Under the pieces are notes generated by a model. It did not search any database. It was not told the origin of the DNA and saw only the letters and a list, made by a program, of their open reading frames with translations. The position numbers were made by a program, and so were the translations under genes. DNA of 64,000 bases from a virus: positions 64,001-128,000 of IMG/VR virus record IMGVR_UViG_3300008448_000004. One strand, given 5' to 3'. Shown here piece after piece: positions 1-9,811 of the stretch. The stretch's first letter is position 1. Every line of letters starts with the position of its first letter.

Positions 1-575
1 TTAATCCTATCTAAAACATCTCTATCTAAATCCCAATCTACGGGAACTGTTTTATGCTTAGCTGCTCCAAAATCTTCTAGAAGTCTCTGCTCTCGACTTG
101 TAAATATATCTCCTACGTGAAGATAGTAGCAATTGTAGCAAAGTAATTCTAAATTCTCCAATCGCCAATCACTCTTAATACCGCTCTTAAAATTTAAAAG
201 CAAAGGTACTTTAAAGTCTATAACTCTCTTTTCGTTAAAGCCACATTTACAACATTCATTAGATAGGTATCCCTCTACTAGTAGTCGATGCTTTAGCTTA
301 TTAATATTGTAGGACTCTATACTCATACCTTCCTGAAGTAATTTATGAAGGTGAGGTTCTTTAGAAAGAGAGTTAAATTTAGGAATACCTTTACCGGCTT
401 TATTCTTATGAAGATCAAATAAAGTTAATCCAGATTTTTCATCTCTATACAATTTAGAGTAAAGTCTATAGGTAGGAAAAGAAACATTCAAGAATCTTGC
501 TGCACCGCGATTACTTTGAGTACGAGACATTGCGTACCTGATCTGCTGTTCAGTCAAAAGTACTGCTTTCGGCAT
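1..575 (-). CDS. HNH-like Zn-binding endonuclease-fold protein with N-terminal HTH-like segment (partial, runs off window start)
   Basis: Not in the ORF track; translated by hand from ATG at 575: MPKAVLLTEQQIRYAM...NECCKCGF...VPLLLNFKSG..DWRLENLELLCYNCY. The CxxC...NLxLLCxNC pattern is typical of HNH proteins. Confidence 0.65.
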   Translation of the reverse strand, partial: MPKAVLLTEQQIRYAMSRTQSNRGAARFLNVSFPTYRLYSKLYRDEKSGLTLFDLHKNKAGKGIPKFNSLSKEPHLHKLLQEGMSIESYNINKLKHRLLVEGYLSNECCKCGFNEKRVIDFKVPLLLNFKSGIKSDWRLENLELLCYNCYYLHVGDIFTSREQRLLEDFGAAKHKTVPVDWDLDRDVLDRI

Positions 576-576
576 A

Positions 577-996
577 TCACTTTTCTAATTTAGGATTGAC
601 TCTTAACATCAGGTTCCATAGATCGAGAGGAGTCTCTAGAGTAATCTCGTTTCCGTCCGTACCTATTAATGTGTTTAAGCTCTGGTCTGGGTTTGTTCTC
701 TCCCAGAGATAAAATGTTATTAATTCAAAGCATTCTTTTCCATATTTAGCTAGTAGTAGCATATCTATAATTTCAAGAAAGCCTTCATCGTAGGTTCCGA
801 AATCTACTTTTAAATCTGCATATAGTAGAGTGCTGCGGGTTGATACAGCTTCTAAGTGTTGTATTACTTGCAGGAAAAGTTCTCTTTGTTTATCAAATTC
901 TTTCTTCGTTCTGCGCTTTAAGTTGGAATTTACATTCAAAATTTGATCTACTGCTTGTCTAACTATCTCTAACCCTTTTTGTTCATTACTGTCCAT
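577..996 (-). CDS. hypothetical protein
   Basis: 139-aa ORF tiling with its neighbours; no recognised motif. Confidence 0.6.
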   Translation of the reverse strand: MDSNEQKGLEIVRQAVDQILNVNSNLKRRTKKEFDKQRELFLQVIQHLEAVSTRSTLLYADLKVDFGTYDEGFLEIIDMLLLAKYGKECFELITFYLWERTNPDQSLNTLIGTDGNEITLETPLDLWNLMLRVNPKLEK

Positions 997-1369
997 TCCT
1001 TTTACTTTTAGAACTTTTATTTCGGATTGTTGTAGGTATCTTATTGTACTGGTCTAGCTTTGAAAGTACTTCTTTTATCTCTATACATTTCTCAAAATCT
1101 TCTTCATCTGTATAGTACTCCATGCATGCATTTAAAGCATTCTTCCAAAACTTATAAGGTATTTCAATACAGTACCCGGAGTTATTAACCTCCATTATGG
1201 TTGCATCTTGCTTATTAGTCTCAATAGCTCTCTGTATACCTTTAGGAGTTTCTTTACGTACCAAGTCTAAAATTGGTTCATACTCCATTAACTCTTCTAC
1301 ACTAATCCCTTTTAGTGGAGTTATAACCAAGTTAGGTACTTTATTATTTAGCCCTACTCTTTTTTTCAT
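986..1369 (-). CDS. hypothetical protein with C-terminal UVR-like helix (EDFEKCIEIKEVL)
   Basis: 127-aa ORF; weak resemblance to the UvrB/C interaction motif. Confidence 0.5.
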   Translation of the reverse strand: MKKRVGLNNKVPNLVITPLKGISVEELMEYEPILDLVRKETPKGIQRAIETNKQDATIMEVNNSGYCIEIPYKFWKNALNACMEYYTDEEDFEKCIEIKEVLSKLDQYNKIPTTIRNKSSKSKRNGQ

Positions 1370-1370
1370 A

Positions 1371-1700
1371 TTAAGCTCCTTTAATGACTCTGTTCATTAC
1401 AAAGTTAGCGATCGAGGCTAAAGGTAGCATAAAACCGATAACCGTTGGATCTTGAACTTCAGTGTCTCTATCTATTTGCAATCCCTGCTCGGCAAATTTC
1501 TTCTGTAGAATTACAGCTATCTTATTTGCTAGATCATTTAGCTTTCTAATATCTAACTGCTGCTCTGATTGAGGGTAGAATCTAATCTTAACTCCTCTCT
1601 TAGTTTCGTTGATATTAGTATCAAATTGAACTGCGAAAGATACTCCTTCGAGTTTAACTTTATACTGCGGTTTTGGAATTATAGCGGCTTCTTTAATCAT
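1371..1700 (-). CDS. hypothetical protein (start MIKEAA preferred)
   Basis: The ORF-track start overlaps the upstream gene; ATG at 1700 follows a TATTTATTA motif. Confidence 0.55.
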   Translation of the reverse strand: MIKEAAIIPKPQYKVKLEGVSFAVQFDTNINETKRGVKIRFYPQSEQQLDIRKLNDLANKIAVILQKKFAEQGLQIDRDTEVQDPTVIGFMLPLASIANFVMNRVIKGA

Positions 1701-1717
1701 CGTTTTATAATAAATAT

Positions 1718-2932
1718 CTAGAAAATATTTTTGAACCAAGGTTGAATCATTTCTCGAGAATCAAGACTATCTACTCTTATGATAAATCTATCCCAATTAT
1801 AAACTCCGGGTTCTGCGGTTTGTTCAATTACAAAGGGTATATTCTGAATAAAATCAGTATAGTGTCTAGGGGTGAAAGAAGTTCCGTCGAATAGTATCGT
1901 TATAGCTGTTTTAGGAAGTCCGCTGCCAAGTTCGTGAAACTTACCGCTTAGATCAAACAAAGTCTTTTTTTGTTCAGAGACTAAATACTCCTCGTATGAG
2001 CAATCCACCCACATTTCATCACACCACGGTTCTAATAAATATATAAGCTCTTGATCACAGTTGGTAATTATAAAAGCAGTTTCATACCTCTTAGTTACAA
2101 TAGGGAGCAACTCTTCGTTATGTAGGACATTAATCTTCCACTTCCTCCACCACTCTCTAAATTTATTCTTTCTAAGCTGAGTATACTCTTCCGAGTCTTC
2201 TGGTTTAAGCCATACGTTTCCTTCTCCTAGATTTATTTTATTCTGTATCTTTACTCCATCTTTAAACCTACTTCCTCTACAAGTCATATGGTACACAAAA
2301 GCATCTCTAGCTTGTACAAATTTATATCCGGCTAAAAACATCCTATTAAAGAGATCCGAGTCTTCAAGCTCCATTGGAGCAAATAACTTATCATGACCTC
2401 CTATTTTTATAAAATCTTCTTTATACATAATCCACGGAGCAAAAACACCTTCGGTTATCCTTCCTTGCTCTTGCTCTGAAGTTTGTTTGGCAAAAACTTC
2501 AAACTCCTCGAATTTAAAATCTTCTGGTTCTAGTCCGAAATCCTTTACTATCTTTTCAGGTCCCGGTGGATGGAGGGGAGGTTCTATCCTAGTTAAAGAA
2601 ACAACAGTGCCTGGCTTTACATGCTTAGTAGCATTAATATAAGTTTCAGACATTACCATATCGGCATGAAATATAGCAAAGACTTCGTTAGAGCAAAGCT
2701 TAACTCCTTGATCATATAACACAGTATGTCCTACTCTCTCTTCTTCAAAGTTTCTATAAATCTCTACATTAGGATCTCTAGTCCTTATAACTTGTAGCCA
2801 CTCCCAGGTACCGTCTGTTGAAGCATCGTCTAGTAGTACTATCTGGCTGCTCCAATATTTTCGAATGCTATGATAGGCTTGTTTTAAATACTTAAGGTTA
2901 TTCCTACTTGGTATAATAAAGCTTATGTCCAT
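1718..2932 (-). CDS. GT2-family glycosyltransferase
   Basis: ISFIIPSRNN..LDDASTDGT..FHADM..GGHD..ELEDSD..FVYH GT-A motifs. Confidence 0.85.
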   Translation of the reverse strand: MDISFIIPSRNNLKYLKQAYHSIRKYWSSQIVLLDDASTDGTWEWLQVIRTRDPNVEIYRNFEEERVGHTVLYDQGVKLCSNEVFAIFHADMVMSETYINATKHVKPGTVVSLTRIEPPLHPPGPEKIVKDFGLEPEDFKFEEFEVFAKQTSEQEQGRITEGVFAPWIMYKEDFIKIGGHDKLFAPMELEDSDLFNRMFLAGYKFVQARDAFVYHMTCRGSRFKDGVKIQNKINLGEGNVWLKPEDSEEYTQLRKNKFREWWRKWKINVLHNEELLPIVTKRYETAFIITNCDQELIYLLEPWCDEMWVDCSYEEYLVSEQKKTLFDLSGKFHELGSGLPKTAITILFDGTSFTPRHYTDFIQNIPFVIEQTAEPGVYNWDRFIIRVDSLDSREMIQPWFKNIF

Positions 2933-2936
2933 ATAT

Positions 2937-2967
2937 TAAAGATATACTATTTTATTCTTATAACCAA
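2937..2967 (-). promoter_or_regulatory. Bacteroidota-type sigmaA promoter (TTG-N20-TATCTTTA)
   Basis: Matches the -33 TTG / -7 TAnnTTTG consensus with 20-nt spacing, just upstream of the GT2 start at 2932. Confidence 0.6.
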
Positions 2968-3750
2968 CTATATCACTATCCAATCAGAGCAGTAAATATC
3001 TCTAGTATCCCAACTTGCATATGCTGGTCCAAACCATTTCTTAGGTGCTACAACAATCTTATTCTTATTCTCATTTAACCATGCTGCCCACCAGCTAAAT
3101 GTTGAGTTAACTATTATGTTATGGGTACAGCAGCTCATTAAAAGCAGGTCATCTGAGTCTTTATTTCCTTCTACAAAGAAGAAATTATCTCCTTGGAAAG
3201 TATACTTACACCACTCTATATCATCTGAGAAGATTAGATATTTTGTATCAGCAGGCATATTGCTCATTGCTTGATAATAGTATTCTAAAGGCTGAATAGG
3301 GTGGTGTTGCTGCCTGCTTAGGTAGTCTCCTCTTCTTACGTGTAGGGAGCATAGAGTCATACCTTCGTAATGCTTAAAAAGCTGCAGAGCTTCTTCTTTC
3401 TTAGTAGGTGTAAATAAATCTCTTATAAACTGCTCACAGTGTTTAAAGTATTTTTCACTTTGGAAATAACCGTCTAGCAGTATACTATTTTCGTAAACAG
3501 GTATTTCCTCATAATTAAAACTAGGTTCTTTATATCTTTGAAATTCTTGCAGAGGTAGGTTTACTGGGATTATTTTCTCGAAAAGATCTTCTCTATAAGT
3601 GTTAAAAGAATTATGTACAGGAAAAGTATCTTGTAGGGTTATTATAGGAGTATGTCCATTTTTAAGAGCATACCCGTATACAGCTGCTATCTGAAACATA
3701 AAGTTTCCTAATCCTCCTACTAGCTTAGTCGTTACTATTTTACTTGTCAT
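2968..3750 (-). CDS. GT11 alpha-1,2-fucosyl/colitosyl-transferase
   Basis: GGLGNFMFQ, GYFQSEKYF, LHVRRGDY, FSDDIEWC, HNIIVNSTFSWWAAWL are GT11 signatures. Confidence 0.9.
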   Translation of the reverse strand: MTSKIVTTKLVGGLGNFMFQIAAVYGYALKNGHTPIITLQDTFPVHNSFNTYREDLFEKIIPVNLPLQEFQRYKEPSFNYEEIPVYENSILLDGYFQSEKYFKHCEQFIRDLFTPTKKEEALQLFKHYEGMTLCSLHVRRGDYLSRQQHHPIQPLEYYYQAMSNMPADTKYLIFSDDIEWCKYTFQGDNFFFVEGNKDSDDLLLMSCCTHNIIVNSTFSWWAAWLNENKNKIVVAPKKWFGPAYASWDTRDIYCSDWIVI

Positions 3751-4369
3751 AGTTTTTATTTTCCCAACATTCCCATATAAACTCGTATTCGTATCTTAGT
3801 TTAAATCCAAGAGATGTTAAACCTTGTTGTATTAAGTTTCTCCTTTCAGTACAGTTCTCTATAAAGCTATGAAACTGTACTTGTACAAATCTAAATCTTT
3901 TTAGAATATCACTTTGTATCCATTTTTCAAAAAGAGGATATTCTTCTCCTTCTATATTAACCTGTATTAGGTCGACTCTACCTATGTTGTACTTCTCTAA
4001 AAGAGCTTCTAAAGTTATACATTGAACATCATACTCTACTCCGAAAGAGCTATACGCTGTAGATGCATCTCCTGATGCATACAGTTTTATTACTTTAGGC
4101 TCGGTGCTTATTGCGATATTCTCTACAGAAATCTTTTCTTCGTAGTTTGGTATATTTGTAGTAAGTCTAGATACCATTCTGTTGTAAAAGCTAGGTATTG
4201 GCTCTACTGCTACAACTCTACAGTTATATCTTCGTACTATATTCTCTGTCCATAGCCCTTCGTATCCGCCTAACTCTAGAACTATAGAATTCTCAGTTAG
4301 AGGATAATCTAAGATGTGAGTATTGTCGCCATCACCCTTATTCCATTTCTTATGTGCTTCTGTTAACAT
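3740..4369 (-). CDS. FkbM-family SAM-dependent methyltransferase
   Basis: VLELGGYEG, VAVEP, IDLIQVNIEGEEY-like motif, QVQFH. Confidence 0.8.
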   Translation of the reverse strand: MLTEAHKKWNKGDGDNTHILDYPLTENSIVLELGGYEGLWTENIVRRYNCRVVAVEPIPSFYNRMVSRLTTNIPNYEEKISVENIAISTEPKVIKLYASGDASTAYSSFGVEYDVQCITLEALLEKYNIGRVDLIQVNIEGEEYPLFEKWIQSDILKRFRFVQVQFHSFIENCTERRNLIQQGLTSLGFKLRYEYEFIWECWENKNYDK

Positions 4370-5172
4370 TATGCTCTACTTAATATGTTATCCACTACCT
4401 GTTTAAGTCTATCTAACAAAGTCATATAGGGTTTAGCTGCAAAATAATTTCTTTGTACAGAATCTAACCTATCAAAATAATCTTCTACTCTGAGATTATT
4501 TACTGTTGTGATCGCTTCATCTGCGGACTGTACGATGAAGAAGCCTTTTGTATCAAAAAAATCACATATATTACTGCAACCGTAATATACGGGAATTGTC
4601 TTAGTTATCAAACAGTCTATGATTTTTTCTGTAAAACAATTCTTCTGTGCCGTATTTTCAATACAGAGGTGAAACATAGAATTAAACATAGGTGTTTTTG
4701 TATCTCCTAAAACTTTATTTCCATATAGATTAGGAACACCGCCGTGTCTACTTATATAAAAATCTGTAGGTATCTGTATTTCAGGTTGCCTAAAATAAAT
4801 TTCTTTTCGTAGTCTGTGACCGTAGGTTATTTCTTTAAACCCTGTTAAATGAGATACTTGAAATTTTTTCTGGGTTGTTAGGTCATAATCCCATACCCAG
4901 GCTGTACCGAAAGCCATAAACCAGGCGTTAGGACAGTTTTGAAGAATTTCTTCATCGTACGTGATAATAGCGTCAAATAGCTTCGCATAGCTAATAGCTG
5001 TCTGCTTAAACCTGCTTATTTCTTCGACTTCTTTTACCCAGAGTATATTAAAGGTATCTGAGAATATTTCAACATTTTCTACTGTATCTACGAACAAGCG
5101 TACCGGTCTTTCAAATTCTATTTCTATTTCAGGCCAGGTATTATCAGTTGTACTATATAAGATTTGTTTCAT
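4369..5172 (-). CDS. GT10-like (alpha-1,3-fucosyltransferase family) glycosyltransferase
   Basis: FHLCIEN...CFTEKIIDCLITKTIPVYYG is the GT10 motif. Confidence 0.8.
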   Translation of the reverse strand: MKQILYSTTDNTWPEIEIEFERPVRLFVDTVENVEIFSDTFNILWVKEVEEISRFKQTAISYAKLFDAIITYDEEILQNCPNAWFMAFGTAWVWDYDLTTQKKFQVSHLTGFKEITYGHRLRKEIYFRQPEIQIPTDFYISRHGGVPNLYGNKVLGDTKTPMFNSMFHLCIENTAQKNCFTEKIIDCLITKTIPVYYGCSNICDFFDTKGFFIVQSADEAITTVNNLRVEDYFDRLDSVQRNYFAAKPYMTLLDRLKQVVDNILSRA

Positions 5173-6040
5173 GTAGAACTTCTTTTAGTTTTACTAACTT
5201 CTCTTCATCTATATTAATATCCGGTATATGTCGGTTGTAAAATAGTTTGTAGTATAGTGCAAACCTTTCTAATGCCCATTTTCCATACCCGGGATTAGTA
5301 TCTTGCATTCCTTTATTATATATTCTCATACCGGTACCTATACCTGCAAAATGAAACAGTAGCTCCCCAAAGTCCATATCGCTATTTAAATAGGAGTACT
5401 TATTTACCCTACCTCTTTCGTTACTTATACCTCCGACTAAGTCTTCGTTTAATATAGCAATCTTACCTCCGTTATGTAAAATATCAAAAGCGACTGGATC
5501 AAAGAAATCTAAAACAGGATGATTAAGAGGGTTGTAAATACCTTCTATCATTAAGGATAGTACTTCTGGTTTAAGATCAGATATCTTGTTCTTGTTAAAG
5601 CCGAAAAAATATGTCTGAGTAACATCTGAATATCCTCGTATGTTATCTATTCCGTTTAAATTATTTTTATAGCAACGGACTGGGCCAATAAGGTCGTACC
5701 CTTCTTCGATCTTATCGTAAATAAGACTTAAAGCTTCTTTTCTAAAAATAACATCACTGTCAATATGAATAATGTAATCATATTCTTTTGCATATTCTTT
5801 TATTACCTGAGTCCATATATAAGCTGTGCCTGCGTGTCCTCTAGAGTAATGAAAATGGACTGAGGGGTCGAGTACATGGTAGTCTGCGTTGGAAAAAATA
5901 CCAACTTCATTAAAATCAGTATTTATACCAAAAACATTAATTTTAGTTTTAGGGTGATACTTGTAGAAAGACTCTAAACATTTTCGAGCTACAAAACCAC
6001 AGCTGTAAGCTTCTGTGAAAAGAAATATTTTTTTATCCAT
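5153..6040 (-). CDS. GT-A-fold nucleotide-sugar transferase
   Basis: IHIDSDV DxD motif; start MDKKIF at 6040 overlaps the upstream stop. Confidence 0.6.
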   Translation of the reverse strand: MDKKIFLFTEAYSCGFVARKCLESFYKYHPKTKINVFGINTDFNEVGIFSNADYHVLDPSVHFHYSRGHAGTAYIWTQVIKEYAKEYDYIIHIDSDVIFRKEALSLIYDKIEEGYDLIGPVRCYKNNLNGIDNIRGYSDVTQTYFFGFNKNKISDLKPEVLSLMIEGIYNPLNHPVLDFFDPVAFDILHNGGKIAILNEDLVGGISNERGRVNKYSYLNSDMDFGELLFHFAGIGTGMRIYNKGMQDTNPGYGKWALERFALYYKLFYNRHIPDINIDEEKLVKLKEVLHETNLI

Positions 6041-6935
6041 TTTTAAACAGATCGCTTTTATACTTAAGAAATGCAAGACGGTCTTCTAGCGGTAGAGATT
6101 GGTAGTAATGCCAAACTTCTCTCATAGCTCCTTCTAATGGATTGCTATTCCATACAGGGTCGTGATACATATGAAATACATCGATATGAGGATTATCTGC
6201 ATATTCAATATGTCCAATTTCATCAAGTACCTTACTCCAAAACATCTGATCCTCTACCGCGTAGCCCCAGAATATCTCAGGATCAAAACCTCCTACTCTA
6301 GTGAAAGCTTCTTTAGTTATTAAAATAGAGCCTCCTTTAGATCCTTTGAGCTGCGGTTCTGAAACCCAAGGAGGGTTATTTTGTAGTTCGTTATGATCTA
6401 GAGTAGCTTCCAGTAATCTTTCAGTCCACGACGGGTTTACATATAGCACGCATCTGCCACCAAAAGGTTGTAAGCATTGTACTTCTGGGTTTAAGTTTTT
6501 TTCTAATCTAAGAAAGAAGTCTTTCTTAACTATTATATCTAAATCATGTAGAAGATAGTACTTTGCTTTATTTGAATACTTAACTCCGAAGTTATAAGCA
6601 AAGCTGCGGCTATAAGTTGCGCGTACGTTACCGGGAGTGTAAATGTAATTAACATCACCAGTAAGCTTTTCTTCACTGTAAGGTGCAATATCGTGTTCAA
6701 CAAAAGTTAAAAGTATGTTAGTAAACCTATTACTTTCTGTTTTATTATCAAAGTAATATCTTATAGCTTCTTTGAAAGTTCTAACTGTTGTATCTAAAAA
6801 GTTATACCTTCCTTGAAAACCTACTATGACGTTTATGTCGCAATCTTCGTCACTGAGGAGTTTAATCTTTGAAAGAGTTTGTATCTCTGCATAATCAATT
6901 CTATTCTGATCTACTACTCTGTATAGTTCATTCAT
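6033..6935 (-). CDS. glycosyltransferase, GT2/GT7-C-like
   Basis: LLHDLD, GGFDPEIFWGYAVED, FHMYH. Confidence 0.75.
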   Translation of the reverse strand: MNELYRVVDQNRIDYAEIQTLSKIKLLSDEDCDINVIVGFQGRYNFLDTTVRTFKEAIRYYFDNKTESNRFTNILLTFVEHDIAPYSEEKLTGDVNYIYTPGNVRATYSRSFAYNFGVKYSNKAKYYLLHDLDIIVKKDFFLRLEKNLNPEVQCLQPFGGRCVLYVNPSWTERLLEATLDHNELQNNPPWVSEPQLKGSKGGSILITKEAFTRVGGFDPEIFWGYAVEDQMFWSKVLDEIGHIEYADNPHIDVFHMYHDPVWNSNPLEGAMREVWHYYQSLPLEDRLAFLKYKSDLFKNG

Positions 6936-7689
6936 CTTCGTATAATTTTTCTAAAGGAGTATATACAGGCATATTCTGAATAACACGATCTACTCTCTTT
7001 ATCTCTTCCTGTAGATACTTTGATTCATTATAAGGATTTTCTACATTGTAGACATACAGTATCTCGGGAATATATTGACTTTTATCTATACCGCACATCT
7101 CTAACATAGGATATTGAAATACTCTATCTCCAGATAATGCGAAATGTTCTCCAGTATCCGGATCTATAAAGTCTTCAGATTTTATCTTTAAAAATAACTC
7201 TCGTTTGAAAGTCCTTAAGTGTGATCCTAACCAGGTATATGTTCTAAATGTTCTTAACGCCCTAACTGTTAAAGGATACTCTCTATAGTGGTATGTTACA
7301 TCTCTATAAGGATATTCTTCGTACGTGCCGTAAGTCATCCAACACCCGGTTTCTACATACTCTTTATTTACTCTCTGTAAAACTCCTGAATGCGGAAACC
7401 AGTCATCACCATCTAAAGTAACAATTATAGATCTAGCAGGTGCTAACTCGACTGCTAGACGGTAATTCTCTACTTGGTACTTTCGAGTCTCGTTACGTAT
7501 TACTCTTAGATTTTTATTTCTAGATTCAAACTCTTTGACTATTTCAAAGCTTCCATCGTCTGAGCAGGCGTCTATGTACAATATATTAAACGACGGGTAG
7601 TCTTGCTCTAATGCGCTAGTTAAAGATTTTTTTACATAACCGATTACATTTCGAGCTGCTATAACAATAGTCACGTGGTTATATGTCAT
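6928..7689 (-). CDS. GT2-family glycosyltransferase
   Basis: IVIAARN..IDACSDDGS..TLDGDDW. Confidence 0.85.
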   Translation of the reverse strand: MTYNHVTIVIAARNVIGYVKKSLTSALEQDYPSFNILYIDACSDDGSFEIVKEFESRNKNLRVIRNETRKYQVENYRLAVELAPARSIIVTLDGDDWFPHSGVLQRVNKEYVETGCWMTYGTYEEYPYRDVTYHYREYPLTVRALRTFRTYTWLGSHLRTFKRELFLKIKSEDFIDPDTGEHFALSGDRVFQYPMLEMCGIDKSQYIPEILYVYNVENPYNESKYLQEEIKRVDRVIQNMPVYTPLEKLYEDE

Positions 7690-8647
7690 ACTGCCAGTAT
7701 TCGATCATTTCCTGCAACATCGTTTCAAAAGTATACTTAGGCTTCCAACCTGTCCGCTCTCTTAGTTTTGTTGCGTCACCTTTTAGGTTATTCAGTTCTT
7801 CCGGTCTTAAAAACTTTTCATGCGTTACAACATACTCTCTATAATCAAGACCTAATTCGCTAAATACAAAATCGCACAGCTCGGCTACTGAATGAGATAT
7901 TCCGGTAGCACATACAAAGTCGTCTGGCTGGTCTAGTTGTAGAATTGAATGCATAGCTTCCACGTAATCTTTAGCATGTCCCCAATCTCGGGTTGCTTGT
8001 AAGTTACCTAGTACTAACTTATCTGATTTACCTTGTTTAATCCTGACAGCTTCTTTGCATACTTTATTTGTAACAAAATTTGTACCGCGGCGAGGCGATT
8101 CGTGGTTAAACAGTATACCGTTTGAGATATACATGCCGTAAGAATTTCTATAATTTCTAGCTATGTTATAGCCAAATACCTTAGCACAGCCGTAAGGAGA
8201 TACTGGATGCAAAGGGGTAGTTTCTCTCTGGTATCCATCAGCATCAATTGAGTTGCCGAACATTTCTGAGGAGGATGCTTGGTATATTTTTATCTTAGGG
8301 TTAATTTCTTTTACTGCTTCTAATAGATTTAAAACGCTTAGTCCTGTTGCATTAGCTGTATAAAGGGGCTGGTCAAAAGAGATACGTACGTGAGACTGAG
8401 CAGCTAGATTATAAATTTCATCAGGCTGTACTTTATTTATTACTCTATACAAAGAAGCGATATCAGTCATATCAGCGTAATGCAGTCTAATAAGTCCGAA
8501 AACTTTATCGAGTCTTGCTGTTTGATTCTCAGCTACAGAATTTCTCTTAAGTATTCCGTGAACGTGGTATCCTAATTCAAGCAAATACTCTGCAAGGTAA
8601 GAACCATCCTGTCCGTTTATTCCTGTAATTAAAGCTGTTTTATTCAT
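7679..8647 (-). CDS. gmd: GDP-mannose 4,6-dehydratase
   Basis: ITGINGQDGSYLAE, YNLAAQSHV, QASSSEMFG, YGCAK, GILFNHESPRRG, RDWGHAKDY. Confidence 0.96.
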   Translation of the reverse strand: MNKTALITGINGQDGSYLAEYLLELGYHVHGILKRNSVAENQTARLDKVFGLIRLHYADMTDIASLYRVINKVQPDEIYNLAAQSHVRISFDQPLYTANATGLSVLNLLEAVKEINPKIKIYQASSSEMFGNSIDADGYQRETTPLHPVSPYGCAKVFGYNIARNYRNSYGMYISNGILFNHESPRRGTNFVTNKVCKEAVRIKQGKSDKLVLGNLQATRDWGHAKDYVEAMHSILQLDQPDDFVCATGISHSVAELCDFVFSELGLDYREYVVTHEKFLRPEELNNLKGDATKLRERTGWKPKYTFETMLQEMIEYWQYDI

Positions 8648-9800
8648 TATCGTTAACTATTTTAGATATTAACTCAATCTCCTGTTCTGATAGATCTTGA
8701 TGATTAGGTAAGTAAAAGCCTTGTTGGTGTAGTAATTCACAGTTAGGAAGATCTACTGGTTGGTAGTATGATTTCCAGAAAGGCTGTCTAGCCATTGAGC
8801 CAGCAATAAGGGGTCTTACTTCTATCTTAGCTTCTCTCAATGCCTGTACTATCTTCTCTCGGCTAGGACTGACTACCGGATAGGCAAAATTAGAAATTAA
8901 ATCACTATCTTGTACTTCTAAGGATAGTTTATTGTGTCTGATTAAATGCTTGTAGTATCTGAAATTTCTCTGTCTTTTAACTTTTATATCATCTAGTTTA
9001 CCTATTTGACGTAGTCCTAAGAAAGCTTGTAGGTCTGTTGCTCTAAGGTTAAAACCCGGGTAGTAGAAAGTGTATTGAGCATCAAAATCGGAAATGTTAT
9101 GTCCGTTTCTTAAATGTGCTTGTTCAGAAGGTTCTAAATCTCTATCCCATCCGTGATTTCTCATCATTAAAGATACCCCGGCTAAGAATCTATTATTTGT
9201 ACATACAAAACCTCCTTCTATGGTGGACAGGTGGTGGCCGTAGTATAAACTAAATACAGACATTTCACCAAAGGTTCCTAGCTTTTTGCCTTTGTATTCC
9301 GATCCCATTGATTCGCAAACATCTTCTAATAGCACTACATCGTGTTTTTTACATAGAGCTAGAATAGCATCCATATCAGGAACAAATCCTAAAACGTGTA
9401 CTAGTATAAATGCTGCAGGTTTATGTGTTTTAAATAATTTTTCTAGGTGAGTTAAGTCTACAGCTAAGTTTTCAAGATTACAATCACATAGTATAGGGCG
9501 AAGTCCTAGTTGAGTACAGGAAGTTACATCTGTTATCCAAGACAAGCCTGGAACTATGATCTTATCGTTCTTTAACTTTGCAGTATGTTTTAAGACTGAT
9601 AGCATCAACAACAAGGCTGATGAGCCAGAGTTTACATACGTTGTGTATTTTACTCCTAGGTACTCGGACCATTCTGCTTCTAATTGTCTAGTTAAAGGTC
9701 CTTTAGTTAATTGAGGTGTAGGATTTTGCTGTAGCCATCCTACTAAAGCATCTATATCGCTTCTATCTATAGTATCTGAGACTAGTTTAACTGGTTGCAT
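8640..9800 (-). CDS. colD: GDP-4-keto-6-deoxymannose 3-dehydratase (ColD type; DegT fold with His in place of the PLP Lys)
   Basis: EDVCESMG, FSLYYGHHLSTIEGG (HH rather than xK), MRNHGWDR; 386 aa; adjacent to gmd. Confidence 0.8.
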   Translation of the reverse strand: MQPVKLVSDTIDRSDIDALVGWLQQNPTPQLTKGPLTRQLEAEWSEYLGVKYTTYVNSGSSALLLMLSVLKHTAKLKNDKIIVPGLSWITDVTSCTQLGLRPILCDCNLENLAVDLTHLEKLFKTHKPAAFILVHVLGFVPDMDAILALCKKHDVVLLEDVCESMGSEYKGKKLGTFGEMSVFSLYYGHHLSTIEGGFVCTNNRFLAGVSLMMRNHGWDRDLEPSEQAHLRNGHNISDFDAQYTFYYPGFNLRATDLQAFLGLRQIGKLDDIKVKRQRNFRYYKHLIRHNKLSLEVQDSDLISNFAYPVVSPSREKIVQALREAKIEVRPLIAGSMARQPFWKSYYQPVDLPNCELLHQQGFYLPNHQDLSEQEIELISKIVNDNE

Positions 9801-9811
9801 ATAAAGTTTAT

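Noticed and set aside
8640-9800. Perosamine synthase or generic DegT aminotransferase
   Set aside because: The PLP Schiff-base Lys is replaced by His.
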